Assembly (NCBI RefSeq): GCF_009914755.1
Contig: NC_060932.1
Length of the DNA: 64,000 bases
Reading direction: 5' to 3' (one strand)
Origin: the human T2T-CHM13v2.0 reference genome, Homo sapiens
Part shown: positions 1-17,480 of the stretch, in pieces
Position numbering within the stretch: the first letter of the stretch is position 1
Layout of the letters: each line of letters starts with the position of its first letter
The notes under the pieces: generated by a model
The model's input: only the letters and a program-made list of their open reading frames with translations
What the model was told of the DNA's origin: nothing
Databases searched by the model: none
Made by a program: the position numbers and the translations under genes

Positions 1-1630
<1,630 letters not shown>

Positions 1631-1863
1631 TCTTGCCCATTTTTAATTAGATTTTTTTAATTGAGTTTTATTGTTGAATTGTATATATGTATATATTCTT
1701 GATACAAGTTTCTTATCAAATATGATTTATAAATATTTTCTGATAATGTGAAACAGAATTGAAAGTTAATATAAACTCATGATTTCTTCCCGTTAACATA
1801 TTTGGTAGCCCTGTTCATAGTTAGAGCCTAAAGTCAATGAGACTCAAGTGAAAATGAACCCAC

Positions 1864-2443
1864 TGTGATGGTTAATTTTGTGTCAACTTGACTGGGTTAA
1901 GGGATACCCAGATAGCAGTAAAATTTTATTTCTGGGTGTGTCTGTGAGGTGTTTCCAGAAGAGGTTAGCATTCATATCAGTGGACTGAGGAAAGAAGATC
2001 CACCCTCAGCAAAGTGGGCATCATCCAATCCATCGAGCACCTGAATGGTACAAAAAGGCAGAGAAGGGCAAATTTATTGTCTCTTCTTGAGTTGAGACGT
2101 CCACCTTATCCTTTCCTTGGACATTAGAGCTCCTGGTTTTGGGGGCTTTAGACTCTAGGACTAACACCAGACTCCTCCTCCCCCCAAATATTAAGCCTTT
2201 GGCCTGAGACAGAGGCTTGCCGTTGGCTCCCATGGTTCTCAGACCTTCGGACTCAGACTGAACTACACCAGCAACTTTCCTCTTTCTCCAGTTTGCAGAT
2301 GGCAGATCATGAGACTTCTCAGCCTCCACAATTATGTAAGCCAGTTCCCATAATAAATACACACACATGCACACACACACACACACACACACATCCTACT
2401 AGTTCTGTTTCTCTGGAAAACTCTAACACATCCGCCTAACACA
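1864..2443 (+). mobile_element. MLT2-type ERVL solo LTR with internal (CA)n
   Basis: Starts 'tgtgatggttaattttgtgtcaacttgactggg', ends near 'ttctgtttctctggaaaactctaacaca'; (CA)n at ~2359-2392. Confidence 0.85.
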
Positions 2444-2449
2444 CAGATA

Positions 2450-3290
2450 CTTTTCCAAAAACTTCCCCAAGACTCCTTGAAGAAACAGTGATTCCAACTG
2501 TAGGTCAAGGAATGAACAAGATGGGTATACAATTCCAGAAAGCAAAGATGCTACTAAAGACTAATGGGAAAGGGTTGAGGGGACACATGCAAAGGATCAG
2601 ATACCACTGGAAGCATATCTGTGGCCAAATTTGGGACAATACAAGAATTTTCTTAAATTATAACTATAGCTTATTATAAATATTGGATACATCAAATGCT
2701 TGAGTCCAAAGTAACACTAAAGGAGGGAGAGAGAAGAGAACTCATTCACCATTGGAGGTGACTGTTAAACTAACTCATTTCTCTAAAAATCAGTAATTAA
2801 TGTGGAAAAATAAGTATTTACCCTATCTTTTCAAGAAAATCAACATTTCATCCCCAACTGATGGTGGAAAGCTCTCTTTTACAGAAGAATGCCAGATAAC
2901 AAATGTAGGAGGAATGAAACAATTGGAAATTCACTGTTTTCCAAACCCTAATAAAGACACTGATTCAAGCAAGGATCACCAGTGCATACTAAAAAATGTA
3001 AGGTGAAAATGTTTCTGCAATAGGACAGTCACAAGGTGCAAAAGTGTCACCCCACATATTCCTTTCTAAACGTAAAGGGGAAAGTCCCTTTATAACAGTA
3101 AGATCTGATGATCATCACCTTGACCAGGTGATCAAAGTTAGTATGGCTAGAAGTGAAACAACTTGATATGAGGCAATATGAGATACACAACATGATCTAT
3201 GAATGAATTCTTGCAAAAAAAACGTTTAACCTAAGTCTGAACAAACGATTCAACCTAACTACTACATATACAAATATAGAAGAAATACAC
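2450..3290 (+). mobile_element. Old L1MC/L1ME 3' UTR fragment
   Basis: Motifs 'agaagaatgccagataacaaatgtagg' and 'catcaccttgaccaggtgatcaaagtta'. Confidence 0.6.
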
Positions 3291-3509
3291 ATGCATCCAT
3301 CAGGGTTCTAGAAGGAAACAGATGGCATGCTGAAATTACTATTCAAAAAAGTAGTAAAGGGGGTACTTCTGCCTCTAGTCAAGATGGATAGCAAAGACCA
3401 GATTTACTCTCCTGCCTAAAGCAACCAAACAGCGGACAAAATACACAAAACGACAGTTTGCAAGATACTGAACATGAGGTAATGACAGATAGTAATCCCT
3501 GAAAGACAG

Positions 3510-3765
3510 TATTCCAATTTTGAATTTATTGCCTCTTGGTTCCATATTTGCCCTTCCTTGTGTAATCTACAAAAATGGGCGTAGGCCCTTTATATGTTTT
3601 GCTTTGTCAGCTGACTAATGTTAAGTTTTGTCAGTGGAGGGCATAGAAGAGACATTGCAGGGAGAAAGTGCTTTCTTTCCTGGATCAGGTGTGCTTGCTG
3701 AGCAGGTTACTGCAACATATGCAGCTCCCCCAGTACCCAGGCTCTAGCAGCACAGGCAACTGCAT
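3510..3765. mobile_element. Probable ERVL LTR fragment (LTR41-like)
   Basis: 'ttttgtcagtggagggcatagaagagacattgcagg' resembles the remembered LTR41 consensus. Confidence 0.35.
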
Positions 3766-3768
3766 CTA

Positions 3769-3801
<33 letters not shown>

Positions 3802-4009
3802 CTAGAGCTAACACGATACTTAATAGTGGAAAACTGAATGCTTTCCTCCGAAGATGAGGAGCAAGGCAAGAATGTCTGCTCTTACTATTTCTATTCAACA
3901 CTCCCTGGAAATTCTAACCTGTAAAATAGTTCAAAAAAAAAAAAGAAATTTAAAAGTTTCCAGATTAGAAAGGAAGAAGTAAAATGGTCTTATTTGCAGG
4001 CAAAATGAT

Positions 4010-4686
<677 letters not shown>

Positions 4687-5126
4687 ATAATCGTCTATGT
4701 AGAAAATCTGATGCAATCTCCAAAAAAAACTGCTAGAACTAATAAGTGAGTTTAATAAAGCTGTAAAATACAAGATGTATTTACAATAGTCAATATTATT
4801 TATATTAGCAATGAGTAATTGGATGTTAGAATTTTAAAACAATATCATTGACAATAGCACTTCAAAATTAAATATTTGGGGATAAATCTGACAAAATTTT
4901 TACCTGTACACTGAAAATTTACAAAACATTTCAGAGAGAAATTAAAGAAGACCTAAATAAGTGGGGAGATATAACTTGTTTATTGGTCCAAAGACTCAAG
5001 ATTGTTAAGATGTCAACTCTCCCCAAATTGATCTTTAGATTCAATGTAATCCCAATCAAAATCCTAGCAGGCTTTTATGTAGATTAACAAACTGATTTTA
5101 AAACACATATAGAAATGCAAAGAATA

Positions 5127-5162
5127 ATCGCTTCTCGGCCTTTTGGCTAAGATCAAGTGTAG
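5127..5162 (+). pseudogene. 3'-truncated U2 snRNA retropseudogene (nt 1-36)
   Basis: atcgcttctcggccttttggctaagatcaagtgtag matches the U2 5' end; TSD tagaaatgcaaagaa at 5110-5124 and 5160-5174. Confidence 0.95.
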
Positions 5163-5436
5163 AAATGCAAAGAACCTAAAATAGCCAAAACAACTTAGAA
5201 AAAGAAGAATATATATTATAGATTACAATCTAATTTGACTAATCAAGGCAGTGTAGTATTAGCATAACAACAGACAAATCAATGGAACAGAATAGAGGGT
5301 CCAGAACTAGACACACACTTAAATGAACAAATGCTTTCCAACAAAGATATAAAAGTAATTTAGTAGAGATAGGATAGTCTTTTCAACAAATGCTGATGGA
5401 ATAATTGGATATCCATATGCACGAAAATAAACTTTG

Positions 5437-5744
5437 GGCCAGGAGCAGTGGCTCCAGAGTATAATCCCAGCACTTAGGGATGCCAAGGCGGATGGATCAC
5501 TTGAGCCCAGGAGTTTGAGACCAGCCTGGGCAACATGGTGAAACCCCATCTCTACAAAAAAAAAAAAAAAAAAAATACAGAAATTCGCCAGGTATGGTGG
5601 TGTGCACCTGTAGTCTCAGCTACTCTGGAGGCTGAGGTGGAAGGATCATTGGTGCCCAGAAGGTTGAGGCTGCCCTGAGCTGAGATCGTGCCACTGCACT
5701 CCAGGCTGGCGACAGAGTGAGGCCTTGTCTCAAAAATAAATAAA
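5437..5744 (+). mobile_element. Alu (AluJ-like)
   Basis: Dimeric Alu, 'gagcccaggagtttgag'. Confidence 0.9.
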
Positions 5745-5801
5745 CAAGCTTTGTTTATGCCTTGTACCGTATACAAAAATTAATTCAAAATACAACATAG
5801 A

Positions 5802-6171
5802 TGATATGGTTTGACTCTGTGTCCCCACCCAAATCTCATTTCAGATTGTAATCCTCAGTGTTGGAGGAGGGGCCTGGTGGGAGGTGATTGAATCGAATCA
5901 TGGAGGTGGTTCTCGTGATAGTGAGTGAGTTCTCACAAGATCTGGTTGTTTAAAAGTGTCTAGCACCTCCCCCTTTGCTCTCTCCTGCTCTACCATATGA
6001 AGATATGTCTGCCTTCCCTTTGCCTTCTGCCATGATTGTAAGTTTCCTGAGCCCTCCCCAGCCATGCTTCCTGTAGAGCCTGCAGAACTGTGAGTCAATT
6101 AAACCTCTTTTCTTTATAAATTACACAGTCTCAAGTAGCTTTTTATAGCAATGTGAGAACAGACTAATGTA
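5802..6171 (+). mobile_element. MSTA/MSTB MaLR solo LTR
   Basis: 'tgatatggtttgactctgtgtccccacccaaatctc' ... 'gagaacagactaat'; exact TSD ataga at 5797-5801 and 6172-6176. Confidence 0.9.
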
Positions 6172-6519
6172 ATAGACCTAAACATAAAATCTAAAGCTAC
6201 AAGACATTTAGGAGAAAACCTTCATGACCTTGGGTTAAGCAAACATTTTTTACATGTAACACCAAAATCATAATCCATAAAAAAACAAACTGGTAAAGTT
6301 GCATTTCAATAAGAAAAACATCTTCTCTATGAAAGACACTGATTAAAAAGAATAAAAACATAAAGACCAGAAGAAAATATTTTCAAACCATATATTTGGT
6401 ATAGAACTTCTATGAAAATATGTAATGAACTCTTAAAAATCAATAATAGAAAACAAACAACCCAATAATAAAATTGGCAAAATATTTGGAAAGATATTTT
6501 ACCAAAGAGGACCTGCTTA

Positions 6520-6918
<399 letters not shown>

Positions 6919-7253
6919 TCAGTTAAAACCTTGATAGGATATCATTACACATCTATTAGAATGTCTAAAGCTGAGGCTTTTACACTGCTGGTGGGAATGT
7001 AACATGGTGCATTTACTTTCTAGTAAAGCTAAACAAGCAACTACCCTATGATCCAGCAATTGCACACTTGGACATGTATGACAGAGAGATGAAAAATTAT
7101 GTATACACAAAAATCTGTACACAAATGTTCATAGCAGTTTTATTCATAATTGTCAAAAACTGAAAACAACCCATTTGTCTTTCAACAGGTGCATGGTTAA
7201 ACGAACTACATATCATGGAATACTACTCAGCAATTTAAAAAGAACAAACTATT

Positions 7254-7560
7254 GGCCAGGCGCGGTGGCTCACACCTGTAATCCCAGCACTTGGGAGGCC
7301 AAGGCAGGCAGATCTCTTGAGGTCAGGAGTTCAAAATCAGCCTGGCCAACATGGTGAAACCCCGTCTCTACTAAAATTACAAAAATTAGCCAGGCATGGT
7401 GGCGTGCACCTGTAGTCCCAGCTACTTGGGAGGCTGAGGCAGGAGAATTGTTTGAGCCCAGGAGGTGAGGTTGCACTGAGCCAAGATCACACCACTGCAC
7501 TCCAGCCTGGGCAACAGAGGGAGACTCTGCCTCAAAAAATAATAATAAATAAATAAATAA
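7254..7560 (+). mobile_element. AluS
   Basis: Full Alu; TSD aaaagaacaaactatt. Confidence 0.92.
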
Positions 7561-8606
7561 AAAGAACAAACTATTGATAAATGTAACAACTTGGATGAAT
7601 TTCCTGGAAATTACACTGACTGAAAAAAAATCCAACCCCAAAGGTTATAAACTGTGTGATTCCATTTATATAACATTCTCAAAATGACAAAATTATGAAA
7701 ATAAGGAACAGATTAGTTGTTGCCAAAAGTCAGAAATGGGCAGAGGGCTGGAGTTAAGGGTAGGTGTGGCTATAAAAGGGAAACATGAAGGATTCATGTG
7801 GTGATAGAACTCATCTTTATTCTAATTGTACTGATTTCAAAATCCTGGTTGTGACATTTTACTTAAGTTTTGTAAGATGTTACCACTGGGGGAAACTAGA
7901 TAAAGGGTACACCAAGTCTCTCTGTATTAATTCTTAAAATTGCATGTTAACGTACAATAAGTAACCAGCATTCCATGGGGAGAAAAATGTTAATTCCAGG
8001 TTTGGGGCAAGAAATAAATAACATCTATTCTTGGAACATCTTTTACCACATAGCAAAGAAGTGGTCAAATATTACTAGGGTAATGTCAAAAAGACACGGA
8101 GCCAATTTGAAAAGGCTCCTACTGGCCAAAGAAGAATGTAAAAATCAATAAGAAAAATAACTGCAACAGATTGAAATATATTTGATATATTTCAATCTCT
8201 CAGTTCACAATGATACTTTTTTTAAAAGGTGTTGTTTAAGGATACCAGGGAACCAACTTATTTTGAAAACTGATAGAAGACTCAAATATTTTTCCTGCTA
8301 TTTCTATATGAATTATAGCATTGGACAACCAGATAGAAGATAAGGGGAAAATTATCTTTATGGAAGTATTGCAGCTAATAAATTTTATAAGCTAGATTAG
8401 AATCTCATACTTTTGAAAGCCCTAATGAACTAATAGATAGCCATTGAGCATCAGAGTCTGCTAACATCCCCCAAAAATAGATAACTAATTATTAAGTGAC
8501 TTCTAATGAAAGAAACCAACACCAGCTATGAATGATGTTGCCAAGACAAATCCAATATGAATCTGAGCATGCCTCGAGATCCAACTATCAATTTAAAGCA
8601 AATACA

Positions 8607-8681
8607 GGCCCATGGGGTAGCCCTGCTCTGCAAGGAACAGTAAAAAATAATAATAAAATAAAAATAAATAAAATAAAATAA
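8607..8681 (+). mobile_element. 35-nt retroposed fragment with A-rich tail and TSD
   Basis: TSD taaagcaaataca at 8594-8606 and 8682-8694; insert ggcccatggggtagccctgctctgcaaggaacagt plus tail. Confidence 0.8.
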
Positions 8682-8965
8682 ATAAAGCAAATACAAAGGA
8701 CTAAGGACCATGTTAAATTATACCTTAGAAATGCAATCAGAAGCATTTCCACTATGGGAAACCATCAGCCAAACAATCTAATTTATTCAAAAACTGGAAG
8801 AAAAGAAAAAGGAGATAAAGGAGGCCTTATAAATTAAAAAAACCCTGGTTCAATTAAACTAACTATTTAAAATGTTTTTTACATATGTGAGACAACTGGA
8901 AATTGTCTCATACATGTAAAATTCACCCACTGATGGATATTTGATGATATTAAAGAATTATTGTT

Positions 8966-9261
<296 letters not shown>

Positions 9262-9425
9262 TTATTGTTAAGCTTTTAGGTGTAATAATGATATTGTTAT
9301 TATGTTTTTTAAAGTGTTTTTATCTTTTAGGAATGTATATGGAGATAGCTACAGATGAAAATGATATGATGCTTGGGATGGCTTCAAAATTCTACAGGAG
9401 GGTTAAGTAGCCAGGAGTGTGAATG

Positions 9426-9521
9426 GACATGATTGAACAGTGGCTGCTGGTTGGTGGAGCTGAGTGCTGGGTATGCAGGATCAGAGGCTCCACCAACCAG
9501 CAGCCGCTGTTCAATCATGTC
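9426..9521. repeat. Inverted repeat: 35-bp arms, 26-nt spacer
   Basis: 9426-9460 matches the reverse complement of 9487-9521 at 34 of 35 positions. Confidence 0.95.
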
Positions 9522-9607
9522 TACTTTGGTGTATGTTCGGTATACTTACTTTTGGGTATGTTTGAAATGCTCCAAATAAAAACGTTAAAAAAAAAAAAAT
9601 AACAAGT

Positions 9608-10286
<679 letters not shown>

Positions 10287-10504
10287 TTAAGACACATTTT
10301 TGGAACAATGGAGAAATTTAAATATGTGATAAGTGTTAGATGACATTAGATTAGAGAATCCCTGTTAATTTTCTTAGATGTGACTATGATGCTATAGTGA
10401 TATAGGAGAATTCAATTATTATCAGAAGAGACATAATGAAGAACTGAAAGGGAAAATGCCATGTTTCAGGAACTTTCAAATGTTTCAGCCAAAAAATAAA
10501 AACA

Positions 10505-10850
10505 GTGATTTGTACACCAATGTTCATAGCAGCATTATTCATAATTGTCAAAAGGTGGAAACAACCCAAAAGTACATCTGCAGATGAATGGACAAACAAA
10601 ATATGTGTGTGTACAATAGACTATTATTCAGCCTTAAAAAGGAAGGAAATTGTGGCACATGCCACAATATGGATGAACCTGAAGACATATGCTTCATAAA
10701 ATAAGCCATACACAAAAAGATAAATATTGCATGATTTCAATATTTGAGGTACTTAGAGTAAGCAAATTCATAAAGGAAGAAAGTACAACAGTGGTTGAAT
10801 AGTTGTTAACAGGGGCTGGCAGGACAGACAATGGAGTTAGTGTTTAATGT
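10505..10850 (+). mobile_element. L1MB-type 3' end fragment
   Basis: Translates as CTPMFIAALFIIVKRWKQPK (ORF2 C-terminus) followed by 3' UTR. Confidence 0.8.
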
Positions 10851-10922
10851 AATGTATAGTTTATCACATTTTAAAATGTTTTTAAACCAAGATAGATATG
10901 AAGCAAAATAACAAAGTGCTAA

Positions 10923-11340
<418 letters not shown>

Positions 11341-11767
11341 AAACGTTTGAGTTTTTAAGAAAAGCAAAAATATTGACACAAGAGAAGAGAGAAGGAAGTA
11401 GACATAATTAAAGTAGGAGAGAGAGAAAGAGAAGAAAAAGAAGAGAATTCCCCATTTGTGATACTAATTATTACAGGACTAAGATTCTCTACTATACAGA
11501 CTATCCTATGCAACTGGGGAGCAGGTGCTCTTCAGCCAATACCTGCGGAGGCTACGCAAATATGCTCCAGCAAGAGCATCTCCACATAGGACCAGAGCAG
11601 AAGACTGTGCAGCCTTTGCCTGCACAAGGGTACCACATAGTAGACATCAAAGATTTACATATATATTCTTATAGTCTTCCAAAATATATATATATATATA
11701 TTATCATAGTCTTCCAAAAGAGAATAAGTATGGGCTCACAGAGACTCTGTAAATTAGGTTGACATTA

Positions 11768-12103
<336 letters not shown>

Positions 12104-12349
12104 AAACATTCAGGTCGTAAAGGGTTAAATCTTGGAATTGAATATTATATAGTATTGTTTTTGTTAACAAAGCTACTTTGTGCTGAATCATAAAAAGATT
12201 TCTCATATGGAAACATTTGATATGATTTCATATTACTTTTATTCTTATTTCTTAAGATACTAGAAATCATTTCTAAAAAGATGTATTTAATAACCGATTT
12301 GTGTTTTTCATATCACATATCACCACGAATGTTAAAAATTACAGGTCTA

Positions 12350-12647
<298 letters not shown>

Positions 12648-13939
12648 ATGACAGGACTAGCCTAAGTATGTTTTAAATTAGTTTTTTTTTTTTTAATGTC
12701 CTGATATCCTTGCCTTCCAAAATACATTAGCCATTTTGAAGAACACACGATACTTCTGAGATTACATTTTTCAGTTGTCAAAGTGTCACTTACTGAGTTG
12801 GCATTGGTGTATAGGGCTTGGTTATGTCTTGTCTTCCCAACTCCCTCACCTCTAATCTGGGAGCTCACCTGATTTTTGGCAGAAAACATTTCAGAAGGCA
12901 AAGTGAAACAAAGGCAAGTGAAAAAAAGAAATGGGAAAAAAAAAATCACTGAAAACCAGACTTACTGGTAAAACTACAGCAGCAGCCATAAAGTGGTTTG
13001 TGAATACAAAGTGCCTGAATGTTAGTAGCATGTGCATTTATTTAATCGAAGTAGAACTCATAAACAATAAATGATATTCCCAAATATTTTACTGGCTTAG
13101 GGAATTCTTAATGAGAGAAAGCATCCCAGTTTGATCAAACCCATGATTAAAACATATGTTAAACAAAAACGCTTTTTCACTTTAAACAACCCCCTCCCTT
13201 GAATATCCGTTGTTATCAGAGTTTAGAATTACATGAGTCAACCTAGAAAAGGATAAAAGCCCGAGCTCACTCACCATACATTTGAGCCTGAGGGGTTTTG
13301 GCAAAAGATTCCCAGAAAATCACTCATCCGACTGAGAGATTAACGCATTTATAAATGCATCCTGTCATCACTGAGTATGCAGGGTTTTTACTCATTTAAT
13401 GAATACTGGTCTAATGCAAATTTGTATAAAGTTAAAAATAAAGGGCCCCATTTAATCCTCATGGAGACTTTTTGTTTTGCTTCCCAGTACAGGACTGCTG
13501 TGGATATGTCAATGTTACTTCCAGAATGATAGATACCTACAGAATAATTCAAACATCCTAACAATGATAGCAGAAGGACAAAGAACTCCATGTTCATTGC
13601 TCAGACCCTGTGCATTAGAACTCTTAAGTTTTTTTTTTAAGAAAAATAAAAGTAAAAGATGCAATCTAAATGCACAATTGACAGTGGTCAAAAATATGCA
13701 TTCTAAGCAAGCCAATTAAAAAAAAAAAGCTAACATTGAATTGCAATGAATCAAGACCACAGAGTTTGGAAAAGCCATTAGAAGCCATTCAAAATATAAG
13801 AAGATTTCTAGACTTTGAATTCCTCCAGGAAATGTACCATGTTGTATCCAATTTGTATTCCCAATGTTTAGCAGGGCACCTGGTACATGGTAGGAGGCTG
13901 AACAAATAAATTAATTAATGAGTTGACTCTCTATAGTGT

Positions 13940-14830
13940 AATAGAGACTCTAATATCCAGTCTCCATTTCTTCCATATAATTGATTGCCAAATTTTTAAC
14001 GGGCTACAGGAATGCCTAGAATCAAGGCTATATTTCCCAGGCTCCTTTGAAGCTGGATGTGACCATATAATTAACCTCTGCCCAAAGGGATAAAAGCAGA
14101 AGGCCGGGTATGGTGGCTCACGCCTGTAATCTCAGCACTTTGGAAGCCCAAGGCAGGCAGATCACCTGAGGTCAGGAGTTCAAGACCTGCCTGGCCAATA
14201 TGGTGAAACCCAATCTCTACAAAAGAAAAAGAAAAAAATACAAAAAAGTAGAAGTAGAGATCAATTCCATCACGTTGGGAGGACAAGGTGGAAGAATTGC
14301 TTCCCAGGAATTCAAGACCACCCTGGGTAACACAGAGCAAAACCCGATCTTTACCAAAAGAAAGGAACATTTAATTAGTTAGACGTGGTGTCACATACCT
14401 GTAGTCCTAGACACTTGGGAGGCTGAGGATGGAGGATCACTTGAGCCCAGGAAGTCAAGGCTGCAGTAAGCCACGATCACATCACTGCACTCCAGCCTGA
14501 GAAACAGAGAGATCTTGTCTCAAAAAAAATAAATAAAATACAAGTAGAATGCTTCATTTTCCGCCCTGCTTCATTCTTCCTGCTGGTTGGATGCAAACAA
14601 AAAGCCTGAAGCTCCAACAACCATCTTGGATACCAAGTAGTGACCCAGAGAACGAAAGTAATCCATGGTAGAGCCACAGAGAAGTGAAGCCTAGATCTCT
14701 GACCCACGGTATTTTATAACACTGAAGACCTTTCAAATGCTTGACTGAGAAATATACTTGTATTTTCCCAAACTGCTGATATTTGAGGATCTCCTTTATT
14801 TGTAGCTGAATCTAATCCTAAGCAATGCAT
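13940..14830 (+). mobile_element. MLT1 (J/K/L-like) MaLR LTR interrupted by Alus
   Basis: 'atttcccaggctcctttgaagctggatgtgaccat' ... 'gtagctgaatctaatcctaa'. Confidence 0.6.
14102..14540 (+). mobile_element. AluS left monomer (14102-14247) plus 5'-truncated AluJ (~14262-14540)
   Basis: Alu motifs and two A-rich linkers. Confidence 0.85.
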
Positions 14831-14929
14831 ATGCTTTATCTAATTACTTCTTTACTGTGTATTTAGCTAGATTTTCATTTTTACCTCAAATAGTGCCACA
14901 GCCATGTTCCATAACCATGTTCCATGTTC

Positions 14930-14994
14930 CATAACACTTTCTCTGTAAAGGGCCAGACAGCAACTATTTTTTAGGCTTTGCAGATCACATATGA

Positions 14995-15045
<51 letters not shown>

Positions 15046-15197
15046 GTCTCTCAAATGTTCATCTTCTGGGTTTTTGGGGGGTTTTGTTTTTACACCTCCT
15101 TAAAAATGTAAAAACTGTTCCTAGCTCACAGGCTTTACAAAGACAAACTTCACTGAGGCCACATTTGGCCTGTGGGCCACAGTTTGCAGATCCAGGT
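14930..15197 (+). mobile_element. MER58-type hAT element with internal (TC)n
   Basis: 'ttctctgtaaagggccagacag...ttttaggctttgcag' and 'atttggcctgtgggccacagtttgc'. Confidence 0.8.
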
Positions 15198-15457
15198 TTT
15201 ATAGCAGTAATGCAAATGTTTTACTAGCCTCTGAACTCACTATACAAACAAAATTTTACCGATATCCAAATATGTAACACGGGGCAAAATTTGATCTGGT
15301 TGTGAGAGAGGCAGGAGAGCTTGAATCCTCCTGCCAATTAATCTGTTTCTTTTTCTCCTCTTTATCCTCACCCCTCACCCCCACATCTCCTTCTCCTAAA
15401 TGGGCTTCACCAATCTTCAGGGTTTCTTAGAACGCAATTTGAAAGCCACTCATCCAT

Positions 15458-15795
<338 letters not shown>

Positions 15796-16068
15796 TCACC
15801 TATTTATTCATGCGTTGTAGTAAATCTAAAGCAGAGATTTTAGGAAAACCTTAGATATATCACTAGGTTATCTTTCCGAGGGGGAAGTTGTGTGTAAGGG
15901 TGTGGGTATACAAGTATATGTACATTCCTGCACACGTAAGTACATATTTATTTATTTTGATCAGAAGGGGGAAATAGGCTATTTTCAACAAAAAAATCCA
16001 ATTGCCAATAATTATCCCTATAAGTGAAGATGAGTGACACCACCATTTACATCATTAGGGAGATAAAC

Positions 16069-16366
16069 TTTTTTTTTTTGAGACAGAGTTTCGCTCTTGT
16101 TGCCCAGGCTGGAGTGCAATGGCACGACCTCAGCTCACTGCAACCTCCGCCTCTCAGCTTCCCAAGCAATTCTCCTGTCTCAGCCTCCCAAGTAGCTGGA
16201 ATTACAGGCATATGCCACCATGCCCAGCTATTTTTTTTGTACTTTTAGTAGAGACAGGGTTTCATCATGTTAGTCAGGCTGGTCGCGAACTCCTGACCTC
16301 AGGTGATCCACTCACCTTGGCCTCCCAAATTGCTAAAATTTTAGGCATGTGCCACCATGCCCAGTC
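16069..16366 (-). mobile_element. AluS (Sq/Sp-like)
   Basis: 'gagtttcgctcttgttgccc'; TSD tagggagataaactt. Confidence 0.92.
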
Positions 16367-16469
16367 TAGGAGATAAACTTTACACTGTTTCCTTCTGTTA
16401 ACAAAAGCTGATGATGGAGGGAAAGCTTACTTAAAACTTTGATTATGTTAAAGAAGAGATTAACGACTT

Positions 16470-16865
16470 TCCTAGTCTGTTTTATTTTGCTTATAATAAA
16501 ATACCAGAAACTGGGTAATTTATTTTAAAATGGAATTTATTTCTTACAGTTCTGGAGGCTAAGTCCAAGGTTTAGGTGCTTACATTTCTAGAGGCTAAGT
16601 CCAAGGTTTAGGTGCTACAACTAGAGAGGGCGTTCTTGATTGCGGAGACTCTCTACAGAGTCCCAGGGGTGATGCAGGGCTAAAGTGCTAGCTCAGGTCT
16701 CTCTTCCTCTTCTTATAAGGCCACCAGTCCTCTAATGATAACCCATTAATCCATGAATGCCCTCATGATCCAATCACCTCTTAAAGACCCCACCTCTCAA
16801 TACTACCACTTTGGGATTACATATCAACATGAGTTTTGGAGGGGGCAAACATTTAAACCACAGCA
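16470..16865 (-). mobile_element. MST-type MaLR LTR with an internal ~35-bp tandem duplication
   Basis: 'ctgggtaatttatt...ttacagttctggaggct' ... 'catttaaaccacagca'; 'gaggctaagtccaaggtttaggtgct' occurs twice. Confidence 0.75.
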
Positions 16866-17138
16866 CAGACTTAATCAACAGAACATCATAGTGAATTCTT
16901 GGATATTTGAAGATAATGATGGAGGTGCTTTGCAGGAAGTCTGGGGGCCTAAAACTGCACAGCATGGGAAATGAACATAAATTTGAAGGGTGCTGAGGGC
17001 TCTTCATGCAAAAGGAGAATGAAGAAAAAAAAAAAAAAAGCATGAGAGAAGTTCCTAGGAGAAAACTGCCAGTGAGAAATAGGCCAGTAAGAAATGACCA
17101 GTTGCTGGAATTCTTAAGAGTAGAGATACTCATTCTAA

Positions 17139-17480
<342 letters not shown>

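Noticed and set aside
3114-3132. Short hairpin atcacct/aggtgat
   Set aside because: Only 7 bp and part of the host L1M sequence.
12660-13800. Unique AT-rich stretch with minus-strand donor-like sites (ATG|GTGAGT at 13277-13269) and palindrome gcatttataaatgc
   Set aside because: No convincing acceptor, ORF and donor combination; such motifs are expected by chance.
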